NCBI GenBank assembly: GCA_965202585.1
Contig: OZ241832.1
Span: 50,034,001-50,098,000 of the forward strand
Reading direction: 5' to 3'
DNA: 64,000 nt
Source of the DNA: Thalia democratica
Lineage: Eukaryota
Part shown: one piece after another, positions 63,769-64,000 of the stretch
Layout: every line of letters begins with the position of its first letter
Position numbering within the stretch: position 1 is the stretch's first letter
Position numbers and translations under genes: made by a program
The notes under the pieces: model-generated
What the model was told of the DNA's origin: nothing
Seen by the model: the letters and a program-made list of their open reading frames with translations, nothing else
Database searches by the model: none

Positions 63769-64000
63769 CAAAAGAGAACATGGCTTTCAGTTTGACAGTT
63801 TTAGCTTTAGTATTTATAAAGTACAATTTGTTTCTTTTTTATTGTACTAGTGATTAATGTTATATAAACAACATAAGTATTAATTAAATTATATCATTTA
63901 TGTTTACATAGGATGTGACTTTCGTTAATATGATGTATAATTAAAGACTTTAATTTTTCTTTTAGTATTAATTAATCTTTAAAAACAAAAAAAAAATACA

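Noticed and set aside
1-64000. CRISPR arrays, rRNA, intact tRNA, snRNA or transposase ORFs
   Set aside because: None recognised; the window is eukaryotic and has no long non-ZFHX ORF or regular spaced repeats.

Overview
Eukaryotic (bilaterian animal) genomic DNA with very AT-rich introns and intergenic sequence and GC-rich coding islands. One gene dominates: a + strand zinc-finger/homeobox transcription factor of the ZFHX3/ZFHX4/Zfh2 (ATBF1) family. I assembled it by hand into 22 frame-compatible GT-AG exons from 44336 to 63655 (6034 nt). Three candidate upstream exons lie at 19.7-21.5 kb, beyond a ~22.9 kb intron, and a candidate stop exon lies at 63740-63768. Together these give an uninterrupted 2100-aa model. 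All four ZFHX homeodomains are present, but only about 7 zinc fingers. The rest of the window is a non-coding landscape of GC-richer, TAAT/Sox-site-rich blocks (probable enhancers or alternative promoters), two adjacent ~425-bp foldback elements, a small MITE-like element, a tRNA-like SINE remnant and a few weak exon-like pieces on the - strand. The most interesting signals are the streamlined finger content with a vestigial finger, an extreme exon-by-exon GC3 mosaic, and several candidate isoform switches (a cassette exon splitting a zinc finger, an alternative first or poison exon, and an in-frame extension before HD4). All exon calls are manual and not checked against RNA data.
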